This document shows, piece by piece, positions 20,240 through 29,751 of a DNA stretch of 64,000 bases (the first letter of the stretch is position 1; each line of letters opens with the position of its first letter). The stretch is taken from NCBI GenBank assembly GCA_031402435.1, contig JANNSJ010000049.1:3133-67132 (forward strand), written 5' to 3'. The stretch comes from Bacteroidota bacterium. Lineage in GTDB: Bacteria > Bacteroidota > Ignavibacteria > UBA10030 > UBA6906. The position numbers and the translations under genes were made by a program. The notes under the pieces were generated by a model. It was not told the DNA's origin, did no database searches, and saw only the letters and a list, made by a program, of their open reading frames with translations.

Positions 20240-21331
20240 TTATCCCTTTCGATCAAATGTGAATTGCAAGAGAATATCTTTGCCAAGCCGCTGAGTGAAA
20301 TCCGGAATACCCGATATTGTCAGTGGCCGACGAATTGCGGGAACACCTTCTCCAAATACTTGGGGAGAGATTAAAATGCTTAGGGTATCAACCGGACCAT
20401 ACTTCAGGAACTGGGTAAATACATCGCTTCCGCCTTCAACCAATATGGAAGCGATATTCATTTGATAAAGACAATCCATTACTCCATCGAGGTTAAATCT
20501 CTTATCTTTTGTTGTAATAGGAATTACGGTGACCCCATTTAATGTTATTTCTCTTCTCTTCTTCTCTTGCTTTGTGGCTTCCCGTTCATCCACAAATAGA
20601 ATAACTCTTCGTGTTGCCGTTGTTTTCAAAACACGCGCATGAAGATCAATCGAAAAACTTCCGTCGAGAATTACAACTACCGGGCTCCTTCCTTTGACCA
20701 GTCTGGTCGTCAGTAACGGGTCATCGGCCTGAACGGTTCCGGCACCAACAAGAATGGCATCGTGCTCCACCCTCCACGTATGCACCATCCTCTGCGCTTC
20801 TGACCCGGAGATTTGTGTTGAAGCCCCTTCGCGTAATGCAATTTTACCATCCAATGTCTGGGCAATCTTCACATGAACGAACGGACGCCTCTTTGTTATG
20901 TAGGTAATGAATGATCGATTGAGTTGTTCAGCTTCCTGCCGAAGCACTCCGGAGATAACCTTCACGCCGGATTTGCGGAGCTTCCGAATTCCCCTGCCGG
21001 AGACAAGAGGATTTGGATCCTTCATCGCCACGACAACTGTCGGAATTCGTGCCTCGGCAACGAAGTCTGCACACGGTGGAGTCTTACCGTGGTGAGAGCA
21101 CGGCTCAAGATTTACGTACAGCGTTGTCTCTCGTGTGTTTCCCTTGTATGAGCGAAGACACTCGACTTCGGCGTGCGGACCACCAAACCGGCGATGCCAT
21201 CCTTTTGCAACAATACGATTCTCTTTGACCAGTACCGCACCAACGAGCGGATTGGGGCTCACAGAGCCTTTCCCCTTTTGGGCCAGCCTGAAACACTCGG
21301 CCATGAATTGCTCGTGGTTTGTTCTACTCAT
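20240..21331 (-). CDS. ribD: Bifunctional riboflavin biosynthesis protein RibD (deaminase/reductase)
   Basis: HAEVECL ... PCSHHGKTPPC zinc deaminase motifs plus a C-terminal reductase domain. Confidence 0.9.
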   Translation of the reverse strand: MSRTNHEQFMAECFRLAQKGKGSVSPNPLVGAVLVKENRIVAKGWHRRFGGPHAEVECLRSYKGNTRETTLYVNLEPCSHHGKTPPCADFVAEARIPTVVVAMKDPNPLVSGRGIRKLRKSGVKVISGVLRQEAEQLNRSFITYITKRRPFVHVKIAQTLDGKIALREGASTQISGSEAQRMVHTWRVEHDAILVGAGTVQADDPLLTTRLVKGRSPVVVILDGSFSIDLHARVLKTTATRRVILFVDEREATKQEKKRREITLNGVTVIPITTKDKRFNLDGVMDCLYQMNIASILVEGGSDVFTQFLKYGPVDTLSILISPQVFGEGVPAIRRPLTISGIPDFTQRLGKDILLQFTFDRKG

Positions 21332-21421
21332 CGTTTGTCTTCAAGTAGAAAAGACATCACGAGACTCCATATGCAGCAGAGTCGTGATGTCCTTCAAGTG
21401 CTCATCAGCCTCAATACTGGA

Positions 21422-22426
21422 TTAGTTGACCGGTACTTCCTTGCCGGTGCGAACTGATTTGTAGACCGCTTCGACAATTTTCATGCGTTGCACTGCTTCG
21501 TCCGCTGTTGAGATCACCGGGTGGACATCCTTCACGGCGCCGAGGAAGTGCTTCAATTCATTCTCGTAGGAACGTTTGAACAGGTGTTGGTGTGCCTCCA
21601 TCTTTGCCGGGGCAAGGTTCACAACATTGCCATGAAGCTCCTTGTTGATGCGGAGAGGGTTCAGGCTTGCCGTTCCATCTGTCCCAAAGATATTGCAGTA
21701 GTAGACATCGTCTGCCACGTGCATAGACCAGCTCACCTCAATGTTTATGAGTGATCCATTCTTCATGGTAATGTTGACACACGAAGTATCTTCGACCTGT
21801 TTGGTTGTATGATGGAAATTCGTTGCACTGACCCGTTTCGCATCGGGGTAGCCCATCATCCAAAAAGCCATATCAAGCATGACGATACCAAGATCAAGGA
21901 ATACTCCGCCTCCGGATTTCTCCTTTTGGGTCAGCCATGCGTTGTCATTACTTTTCCTTCTAAGCCACCCCACTTTTGTATAGAACACTTTGCCCAGTTC
22001 CTTCCCCTCCAGGAAGCTCTTGAGAATCATCGTATCCGGTCTGAACCGGTGATTCATCCCTACCATAAGCTTTCTTTTACTCTGCTTCACAGCCTCCGCG
22101 ATGGCGACTGCCTCGTCATATTTGCGCGCAATGGGTTTTTCCACGAGAACATCCTTGCCAGCTTTCAATGCAGCAATGGCAACGTCCTTGTGTGAATCCG
22201 TTGAAGTGGAGATGATCACCGCATCGATCTGCTCACTGTCCAGCATCTGCGCCACATCCGTGTAGAGTGATTTGATCCCAAACTTCTCCGCAACGAGCCG
22301 GCCGCGGGATTTGTCACGATCGCACACCGCAACAATTTCTGCCTCGGCGAGTTTACTAAGAATAGGAAGGTGAATGACCTGGGCCACCCACCCTAATCCA
22401 ACAATCCCAAGCCTGACTTTTTCCAT
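21422..22426 (-). CDS. Gfo/Idh/MocA-family oxidoreductase
   Basis: N-terminal Rossmann (LGIVGLGWVAQ), EKP motif. Confidence 0.8.
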   Translation of the reverse strand: MEKVRLGIVGLGWVAQVIHLPILSKLAEAEIVAVCDRDKSRGRLVAEKFGIKSLYTDVAQMLDSEQIDAVIISTSTDSHKDVAIAALKAGKDVLVEKPIARKYDEAVAIAEAVKQSKRKLMVGMNHRFRPDTMILKSFLEGKELGKVFYTKVGWLRRKSNDNAWLTQKEKSGGGVFLDLGIVMLDMAFWMMGYPDAKRVSATNFHHTTKQVEDTSCVNITMKNGSLINIEVSWSMHVADDVYYCNIFGTDGTASLNPLRINKELHGNVVNLAPAKMEAHQHLFKRSYENELKHFLGAVKDVHPVISTADEAVQRMKIVEAVYKSVRTGKEVPVN

Positions 22427-22450
22427 ACTAGAATAATTGAGATGACGATT

Positions 22451-24385
22451 TCAAGAGACAAGAACTCCTGCAGCACGATGCGTGTCAGTACGACTGGAGG
22501 CAAGAAACTCCTTCACAACTTCTACTATTCCCGGAGCGTCGAGGAAGACATCTCTGTACAATTCAGCGGGTGTTCCATGGTCAATAAATCGGTCGGGTAT
22601 TCCATGAATCTTCAATCTGATCAACTTGGTTGCCCTTGATGCATAATACTCAGCAACAGCACTTCCCATTCCTCCTGTGACAACATTGTCTTCAATCGTG
22701 ACAATATGAGTGAATCGTTCGGCGAGGCGATCCAACAGTTTGTCATCGATGGGTTTTACGAAACGCATGTTCACAACCTCAGCCGAGATCTCATGTTGTT
22801 CGAGCATCCCTGCTGCTTTCAGGGCGGGCTGCACCATTGCACCGACTGCGATCAATGCTACATCGTGGCCGGTACGAAGGGTTTCTCCCCGTCCAATTTG
22901 TAACTTCGTGAAGGTACTGTTGAGCGGCATCCCGACTCCCGTTCCACGAGGATAACGCATCGCAATCGGACCGTTCTCGTACATGACGGCAGTGTAGAGC
23001 ATATCCCGTAGTTCATTTTCATCTTTTGGAGCCATCACCACCATGCCGGGAATCAACCTGAGATATGTAAGGTCGAAGGCACCATGGTGCGTCGGCCCAT
23101 CTGCTCCCACGAGACCCGCACGATCGAGGATGAATACAACATGGAGATGCTGAAGAGCAACGTCATGGATAATCTGGTCGAATGCACGTTGCAAAAATGT
23201 TGAATAGATGGCTGCCACCGGTATGCATCCCTGCGTTGCAAGGCCTGCTGCGAATGTAACAGCATGTTGCTCAGCGATCCCGACATCATAGAACTGGTCA
23301 GGCAGTACTTGTTGAAGTTGGTCGAGCCCGGTACCGTCTGGCATCGCTGCCGTGATGCCAACGATCTTTGGATTCTGCTTTGCAAGATCGACCAGCGCTG
23401 ATCCAAACACTTTGGTATACGCCGGGGCTGATTCAACTTTCTTGGGTGAAACGCCGGTGATCTTATCGAACGGCGTGACACCATGAAGCCTCTGCACATC
23501 CGCCTCTGCCGGTTTGTAACCCTTCCCCTTCTGTGTATTCACATGAACAAGAATGGGGCCGGGATAGCCCTTCACGTGCTGAAAAATCTTGACAAGTTGC
23601 GCAACGTTGTGCCCATTGATCGGGCCAAAGTATCGAAAGCCCAACGCTTCAAACAACATCCCTGGAGTCACAACAACCTTGATTCCTTCTTCCAATCGTG
23701 ACGCGACATGCCGAATCCGATCACCCCAAACATCAAGCTTCGTTGTCAACTGATAGACGTTCGATTTGAACCTGTTGTAGGAAGGGTTCGAGATGATCTG
23801 TGTAAAGTAATTGGAGATTGCCCACACGTTTGGTGCAATCGACATGTTATTGTCATTCAAGACAACGATCATATCCTTCTTCATAATGCCGGCATTGTTC
23901 ATTCCCTCATACACCATACCACCGGTCATCGACCCGTCACCCACGATTGCAACGACTTTGTATTTTTCGTTCATCCGTTCGCGAGCTGCCACCATCCCGA
24001 GCGCGGCAGAAATAGCCGTGCTTGCATGGCCGGCACCAAACGTATCGTATTCGCTTTCGGTGCGTTTTAGGAATCCGCTTAACCCGCCGTACTGGCGAAT
24101 GGTGTGTAAACGGTCTTTTCTGCTTGTAAGAATTTTGTGCGGATACGCCTGGTGCCCGACGTCCCACACGAGCTTATCGGTTGGCGTCTCAAATACGTAG
24201 TGCAATGCCACGGAGAGTTCAACGGTACCAAGCCCTGCGCCCAGATGCCCACCTGTTTTCGAGACGATATCAATCAGGAACTGCCGCACATCATTGCTCA
24301 ATGCCTTCAACTCGGCAGCCGGAAGCTCCCTGATGTCTGCAGGAATATTCACCCTGTCAAGGTATGGATACTGTGATTCATTCAT
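22451..24385 (-). CDS. dxs: 1-deoxy-D-xylulose-5-phosphate synthase
   Basis: 644 aa. GHQAYPHKILT, TPP-binding GDG motif. Confidence 0.9.
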   Translation of the reverse strand: MNESQYPYLDRVNIPADIRELPAAELKALSNDVRQFLIDIVSKTGGHLGAGLGTVELSVALHYVFETPTDKLVWDVGHQAYPHKILTSRKDRLHTIRQYGGLSGFLKRTESEYDTFGAGHASTAISAALGMVAARERMNEKYKVVAIVGDGSMTGGMVYEGMNNAGIMKKDMIVVLNDNNMSIAPNVWAISNYFTQIISNPSYNRFKSNVYQLTTKLDVWGDRIRHVASRLEEGIKVVVTPGMLFEALGFRYFGPINGHNVAQLVKIFQHVKGYPGPILVHVNTQKGKGYKPAEADVQRLHGVTPFDKITGVSPKKVESAPAYTKVFGSALVDLAKQNPKIVGITAAMPDGTGLDQLQQVLPDQFYDVGIAEQHAVTFAAGLATQGCIPVAAIYSTFLQRAFDQIIHDVALQHLHVVFILDRAGLVGADGPTHHGAFDLTYLRLIPGMVVMAPKDENELRDMLYTAVMYENGPIAMRYPRGTGVGMPLNSTFTKLQIGRGETLRTGHDVALIAVGAMVQPALKAAGMLEQHEISAEVVNMRFVKPIDDKLLDRLAERFTHIVTIEDNVVTGGMGSAVAEYYASRATKLIRLKIHGIPDRFIDHGTPAELYRDVFLDAPGIVEVVKEFLASSRTDTHRAAGVLVS

Positions 24386-24621
24386 TCGGCTTCTTGATCC
24401 AGAAATTGGAAATTGCCATCGATGTCTTTGCTTAGTTTCTTCAGTTTCAACTCAGCTTGTGTCAATTTGGTAATACACGCCTTTGACAGCGTGAGCCCCT
24501 CTTCATACATCTTGATGGAATCCTCGAGGGGAACCTCTCCTTGTTCGAGCTTTGTGACAAGTTCTTCAAGCCTTAGCAAGGATTCTTCAAATGTCTGTTT
24601 CTGGGGGTTTTTGGATGTCAT
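24382..24621 (-). CDS. xseB: Exodeoxyribonuclease VII small subunit
   Basis: 79 aa. FEESLLRLEELVTKLEQGEVPLEDS. 4-nt overlap with dxs. Confidence 0.85.
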   Translation of the reverse strand: MTSKNPQKQTFEESLLRLEELVTKLEQGEVPLEDSIKMYEEGLTLSKACITKLTQAELKLKKLSKDIDGNFQFLDQEAE

Positions 24622-24632
24622 CTCCGATCACG

Positions 24633-25820
24633 TTACAATATTTTTGAAGGAACAACACCATCACTAAACTTGATTTCAATCTTGTCGCCGGTGTCAAGTT
24701 CTGTAGCGGAACCAACCACTTCATTGCCTCGCAACACCATCGTGTATCCGCGTTTCAGTACCAATGCAGGGTCCAGTGCCGCAATGCGATGATGCAGCGA
24801 TTGCGATGATGAGTGCAATAATGCGAGACGATGAGACATTGCTGATGACAGTCCACGATCAAGTTCATCAACGCGCTGGCTGTACTGACGGAGGAGGTCA
24901 ATCGGTTTGTTGAACGAGTAAGTTTGCAGAAGGTGTCGAACGTGCTTTTTGCGATGAATCAGCATGGTGGTCATCGTTTCGTGGATAGTATACCAATAAT
25001 CACGCACATTTGCAAGAACGGCATTTCTGTCACGAACCACCAATTCTGCGGCGGCTGAGGGTGTTGGCGCCCGAAGATCGGCAACGAAATCGGCAATGGT
25101 GAAATCGATTTCATGCCCTACGGCACTCACCACAGGAACTTCTGAATTGAAAATGGCGCGTGCAACCCGCTCATCGTTGAATGCCCACAAGTCCTCAATT
25201 GAACCCCCTCCCCTTCCAACGATCATCACATCGATTCCTCCCACACGGTTAAGATCATCGATTCCATTGACGATGTCATTCGCCGCTCCGGCACCTTGCA
25301 TTGTGGCAGGCCGAAAGATGACCTCGATTGCCGGGAACCGACGCCGGAGGATATTCAACATATCGTGAAGCACAGCGCCGGTTGGCGACGTGATGATGCC
25401 GATACGTTCGGGATAGTACGGCAACGGTTTTTTGTGTTCGGGATCGAACAGCCCTTCAGCAGCCAACTTGCGCTTGAGGTATTCGAACGCTACCTGAAGC
25501 TCACCGATGCCGGCAAGTCTGATGCTTGACACTTCAATCTGGTACGCTCCTCGAACTTCGTACAGCGTGAGTCGGCCGGTGATGACAACCTTCATGCCAT
25601 CCTCCGCCTGGAAGGTAAGAGCATGTGCTCGGCTCCGCCATACTACAGCAGAGAGTTGAGCCCCTTCGTCTTTGAGCGTAAAGTAAATGTGCCCCGATGT
25701 GTGACGCTTGAAGTTGGAAATCTCCCCTTGTATTACAAGAGATGTGAAGGAACTTTCTAATGAATGCTTGATCCGGCGTGTGATTTCCGTAACAGTAAGA
25801 GCGAGAGGTTCGAGTGTCAT
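24633..25820 (-). CDS. xseA: Exodeoxyribonuclease VII large subunit
   Basis: OB-fold N-terminus, GRGGGSIEDLWAFNDE. Confidence 0.9.
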   Translation of the reverse strand: MTLEPLALTVTEITRRIKHSLESSFTSLVIQGEISNFKRHTSGHIYFTLKDEGAQLSAVVWRSRAHALTFQAEDGMKVVITGRLTLYEVRGAYQIEVSSIRLAGIGELQVAFEYLKRKLAAEGLFDPEHKKPLPYYPERIGIITSPTGAVLHDMLNILRRRFPAIEVIFRPATMQGAGAANDIVNGIDDLNRVGGIDVMIVGRGGGSIEDLWAFNDERVARAIFNSEVPVVSAVGHEIDFTIADFVADLRAPTPSAAAELVVRDRNAVLANVRDYWYTIHETMTTMLIHRKKHVRHLLQTYSFNKPIDLLRQYSQRVDELDRGLSSAMSHRLALLHSSSQSLHHRIAALDPALVLKRGYTMVLRGNEVVGSATELDTGDKIEIKFSDGVVPSKIL

Positions 25821-25835
25821 AGGTCTGGAAAAATG

Positions 25836-28361
25836 TCAGAAGCGAACGGAGAATCCGAGAGTTGGCAGAATGGGGAACATGGTAACGGCATTCTGACCAA
25901 CGGTAAGGTCATCATTGATGAACTGACGATACGAGAGAACATTCTGATTATTGTATGCGTTAATGACATCAAGGTAGAAGCTCCAATCGAGTCCCCAATA
26001 GTCAGCTGCTGCTGTAAGGCGAATGTCGAGCCGATGGTATGCGGGCAACCGTGCAGCGAATTTGTTCGCGTCGCCTCCACGATCAATGTCGAAGATGACA
26101 TTGCCTCGAACGTCTGTTTCGATGACACGCGTTGGGATGCCATTCTGTGTAACCTCGATGATTCGGGGCTTGATGCCTGCAACCGGTGTGTATGGAAAGT
26201 TTGTCCCATGTCTCCAACGCACACCGACATTAAACCATGAGCTGACCTTGTAGTCCAGAACAAGATTGAACGTATGCAGTTGGTCAAATCGGAATGGCGT
26301 CGTAATACCGTCACGTACCCGTTGTGCCTTTGCCAAAGAATATCCGATCCACCCTGAAAGGCGACTGTTCGGGGCAAGGTTCTTCTTCTCAAGAAGGAGT
26401 TCAAATCCATACGATCTGCCCGTTGCCCCGTTGATCGGATTGGTGCTGATCGAATCGCCGCGGGTTGCAACCGGATTTGTCCAGCCGGACCGGCGGCGAA
26501 TATCTTGCCCGGGTATTGAGGATGTGGAATAGATTGTCCCCGAGAGATACTGCTGCACAATCACATCATCAAACTTCTTAAAGTATGTCTCAACTTTGAT
26601 CTGCCATTCTGCATTCAGCCATCGCTCAACTCCGAGAACATAGTGTTGTGCCCTCTCTGCATTGAGCTTTCCGACCGCAGCGTTCGTAAGATCAAGGAAA
26701 CCACTCTGGTCAAGGAGTTTTTCATAACCGGGAGATTGATAGTACATCCCCCATGCCGCTCGTAATGTGGTGATTGGATCGAGGCCGACCAACGCATTTA
26801 GGCGTGGTGCGAGGTATCCCTTTTTCAAGATGCCAAAGTAATCGAACCGGAGGCCTGGTTGAATAGTGAGAATATCTGTAACTCGGATTTTATCTTGCGC
26901 ATAGAGATTGAACCGCTGGTAACTCTTGTCCTGTATAAAATCATCCACAAGAGGAATATTCCGCGAGATGAGAATAGCCCGGAAGACCGGATCGGGACGG
27001 AAATGCCATACTAACGAGGTCTTGAGAAAATCAATTCCGGTTCCGCATTCCAAGGTGTGACTGTCACCGATCACCGTGATCTCATTCTTCAGTGAGTATT
27101 TCCTGAAGATGTACCGTGAATCGAATTCGACATTGAAGAAGCGTATGCCGGTCGTGTCCTGGCCGGTGTAGAGTTCACGGTTCAATGATGGGTCAAGAAA
27201 TTCTCCACCGAACTCTGAATCCCCGCTGTTGCGGTACCATGAGAAGCTAAGCTTGGACAGAAATTTGTCAGCCGGAAGGTAGTGCCAGGCAATGCCCGCA
27301 ACATTGTTGGTCGAAATATCAGAAACACTGACGCTATCCGGTTCTTTGCGTTCAGGGCCGGAGATGATGTCAACTCCATCCCGGCTGAACAGCATGTTTG
27401 CGATGATCTTATGGTCGGGTGAAGGTTCAAGCACGAATTTGGTTTGGATGTCTGAGAAGTTCGGGAATGCAACATCTCCTTTCACTAATCCTGCGCTCTT
27501 GGCAATCGGAGCGAGGATGAGATCATAATAGGTTCTTCGTGCAGAGATGACATACGAACCGTTCATTGAGAATGGCGAGCGACCGTGGAGAACAAGGTTG
27601 GCATTGGTGATGCTCGCATTCAAGCTTCCCACAATCGACTTTGATTCGTCTCCCTCGCGGTTACGAACATCAAGAACTGCCGAGAGTCTGTCACCGTATT
27701 TTGCCGGGAAACCGCCGGTGATAAGACTGATCTCTGATGCCGTTTCAGGATTGAACATGCTTATGAGTCCATAAAGCCGATATGGGTTGAAGACTTCAAT
27801 ATCGTCCATGATGATCAGATTTTGATCCGGACCACTGCCTCTGACGATGAGTTGTGAACTGAAATCGCTGGGAGACAGCACGCCGGGCAGTGCCTGTAGT
27901 GTTCGAAGTACATCCTCGCCAACGCCTGCAAGGGTTTTGGCACGGACTGGCGCTACGGAGAGGAGGCTGGGTCGAACATCCTCCCTCCTCCTGGCTCTTT
28001 CACCAGAAACCTGAATCTCACCCAAAGGAATTGCCGATTCACCAAGCGCTATCGTGATTCGAGTCGTTTTCTTTGCACCGATAATGATTCCTTCAAATCG
28101 GGCCTCTTCGTATCCCAAAAGTCGGGCAATGATTGTATAGCTACCAGGTGGGATCGACGTTATTTCAAAGGTCCCAGAATCATCTGAATTGCTACCCCAT
28201 TTTGTGCCATCAATCAATATCGATGCGAAGGGGAGTGTCTCCCCGCGGTCACGAGAAACAACGATTCCAGCGAGTGCTCCGGAGGATTCTTCCTGTGCTG
28301 CGGAAACAAAGGAAAAAATGATAACAAAGAAAAACAGTCCACCAAGTCTTGAAATCTTCAT
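25836..28361 (-). CDS. TonB-dependent outer-membrane receptor with N-terminal carboxypeptidase-regulatory-like domain
   Basis: Signal peptide at MKISRLGGLFFFVIIF, plug domain, C-terminal beta-barrel ending in F. Start chosen at 28361. Confidence 0.8.
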   Translation of the reverse strand: MKISRLGGLFFFVIIFSFVSAAQEESSGALAGIVVSRDRGETLPFASILIDGTKWGSNSDDSGTFEITSIPPGSYTIIARLLGYEEARFEGIIIGAKKTTRITIALGESAIPLGEIQVSGERARRREDVRPSLLSVAPVRAKTLAGVGEDVLRTLQALPGVLSPSDFSSQLIVRGSGPDQNLIIMDDIEVFNPYRLYGLISMFNPETASEISLITGGFPAKYGDRLSAVLDVRNREGDESKSIVGSLNASITNANLVLHGRSPFSMNGSYVISARRTYYDLILAPIAKSAGLVKGDVAFPNFSDIQTKFVLEPSPDHKIIANMLFSRDGVDIISGPERKEPDSVSVSDISTNNVAGIAWHYLPADKFLSKLSFSWYRNSGDSEFGGEFLDPSLNRELYTGQDTTGIRFFNVEFDSRYIFRKYSLKNEITVIGDSHTLECGTGIDFLKTSLVWHFRPDPVFRAILISRNIPLVDDFIQDKSYQRFNLYAQDKIRVTDILTIQPGLRFDYFGILKKGYLAPRLNALVGLDPITTLRAAWGMYYQSPGYEKLLDQSGFLDLTNAAVGKLNAERAQHYVLGVERWLNAEWQIKVETYFKKFDDVIVQQYLSGTIYSTSSIPGQDIRRRSGWTNPVATRGDSISTNPINGATGRSYGFELLLEKKNLAPNSRLSGWIGYSLAKAQRVRDGITTPFRFDQLHTFNLVLDYKVSSWFNVGVRWRHGTNFPYTPVAGIKPRIIEVTQNGIPTRVIETDVRGNVIFDIDRGGDANKFAARLPAYHRLDIRLTAAADYWGLDWSFYLDVINAYNNQNVLSYRQFINDDLTVGQNAVTMFPILPTLGFSVRF

Positions 28362-28550
28362 TGAGGAAGTATTTAGAGTGAATATTCTACATGCTAATAT
28401 ACAAAAAACGATAAACAGCAACCAACAGCCATGTAACAGGAAATAGAGTGAAAGAGGTTCCAATGGCTGGAGAGAAAGCTCCCTATCCTACTTTGCGTCA
28501 CAATTCACAAATCTGTATATTGGCATTCACAATATCCGAAGGAATGATCT

Positions 28551-29270
28551 ATGAAGTTAGACGTTATGGCAATCGGCGCACACCCAGACGATATTGAGCT
28601 TGCCTGTGGTGGAACGATCATCAAACTTCTGAAGCAAGGGCGGAAAGTGGGAATCATTGACCTCACGGATGGGGAACTTGGAACAAGAGGATCACGCGAG
28701 ATTCGGGCGAGAGAAGCAGAAGAAGCGACGAAACTGTTGGGTGTACATGTTCGCGAGGGCCTCGAGATGTCTGATGGGAATATTGTCAACTCATTAGAGA
28801 ACCGTCTCAGCCTCATAACGGCCATAAGAAAGTTTAAGCCCGACGTTCTATTGTTCCCACATCATACCGACAGGCATCCTGATCATGAACACGCTCACGT
28901 GTTGTGTCGCGAATCGTGGTTCTATTCCGGACTGGAGAAGATTGAAACCTCTGATAATAAGATGAAGCAAGAGCCACATAGGCCTAGACATTACTATAGT
29001 TACATGCAATGGTTCGAGTTCATTCCGTCATTCATTGTCGACGTCACTGAAGAGTATTCACAAAGAATGGATGCGGTCAGAGCATTCGGGTCCCAGTTCC
29101 ACGACCCATCGAGCAAGGAACGGGAAACCGTATTGAGCAGTCCAGAGTTTATGGAGATGCTCCGAACGCGGCTCGAATATTATGGGGATCGTATCGGGAG
29201 AAAATATGGCGAGCCGTTCTATTCTCCTTCCTTGCTTGGTGTGTCTGATCTGTTTTCTCTTGGACTGTAG
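28551..29270 (+). CDS. bshB1: PIG-L/LmbE-family deacetylase, bacillithiol biosynthesis BshB1-like
   Basis: AIGAHPDDIELACGGTI ... HPDH. Confidence 0.8.
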   Translation: MKLDVMAIGAHPDDIELACGGTIIKLLKQGRKVGIIDLTDGELGTRGSREIRAREAEEATKLLGVHVREGLEMSDGNIVNSLENRLSLITAIRKFKPDVLLFPHHTDRHPDHEHAHVLCRESWFYSGLEKIETSDNKMKQEPHRPRHYYSYMQWFEFIPSFIVDVTEEYSQRMDAVRAFGSQFHDPSSKERETVLSSPEFMEMLRTRLEYYGDRIGRKYGEPFYSPSLLGVSDLFSLGL

Positions 29271-29488
29271 CTCAGAAACTTCCATTCTGCCAACGCATGC
29301 CTAACATACACACATTCTGTACGCACTTTCCGATTGCCCTTTTCACCATGAGCCTGATCTTTGACTTGATGGATCCTCTTACTCAACGACGATAAAGTTC
29401 AGAGCGTGAATTGCATTTCTTGCTTCATCACTTGCAATCCCACTTCTATTTTGGAGGACTTCAACCCGCTCCTTTCACCCCATCAAAC

Positions 29489-29653
29489 ATGAAAGCTATC
29501 TACCTCGGCCTTGCTACTGTCTTGGTATCCTCATTTGGACTGGCGCCTGGCATGGCGGTGAGTTGGTTTACACGTTTGGCGTGGGTGTGCAAGCTTTGCA
29601 CCGATGAAAAGTCGAAGAATCTTATTTGTATTGACCATGGTAATCATAAATAG
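29489..29653 (+). CDS. Possible small hypothetical membrane/secreted peptide (54 aa, CxxC...C)
   Basis: MKAIYLGLATVLVSSFGLAPGMAVSWFTRLAWVCKLCTDEKSKNLICIDHGNHK. Followed by a strong terminator. No clear RBS. Confidence 0.25.
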   Translation: MKAIYLGLATVLVSSFGLAPGMAVSWFTRLAWVCKLCTDEKSKNLICIDHGNHK

Positions 29654-29679
29654 AACAAGCGCTTAGGGGCGTATCCTCA

Positions 29680-29711
29680 AACAAAAGCCCATCATTGTTT
29701 TGATGGGCTTT
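29680..29711. terminator. Bidirectional Rho-independent terminator between the small ORF (+) and ccmF (-)
   Basis: Perfect hairpin caaaagcccatca-ttgttt-tgatgggcttttg flanked by A/T runs. Confidence 0.7.
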
Positions 29712-29751
29712 TGTTGAAGTTGCTTGCTACTCTATCTCTAGGATTAGGAAC

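Noticed and set aside
21332-21421. Possible FMN riboswitch upstream of ribD
   Set aside because: The leader is only about 90 nt, too short for an FMN aptamer, and no conserved FMN-element strings are visible.
28361-28550. Possible cobalamin or other riboswitch in the 5' leader of the TonB-dependent receptor
   Set aside because: I could find no B12-box (GCCACTG-like) or other recognisable riboswitch core. The GCCATTGG stretch there is not a convincing match.
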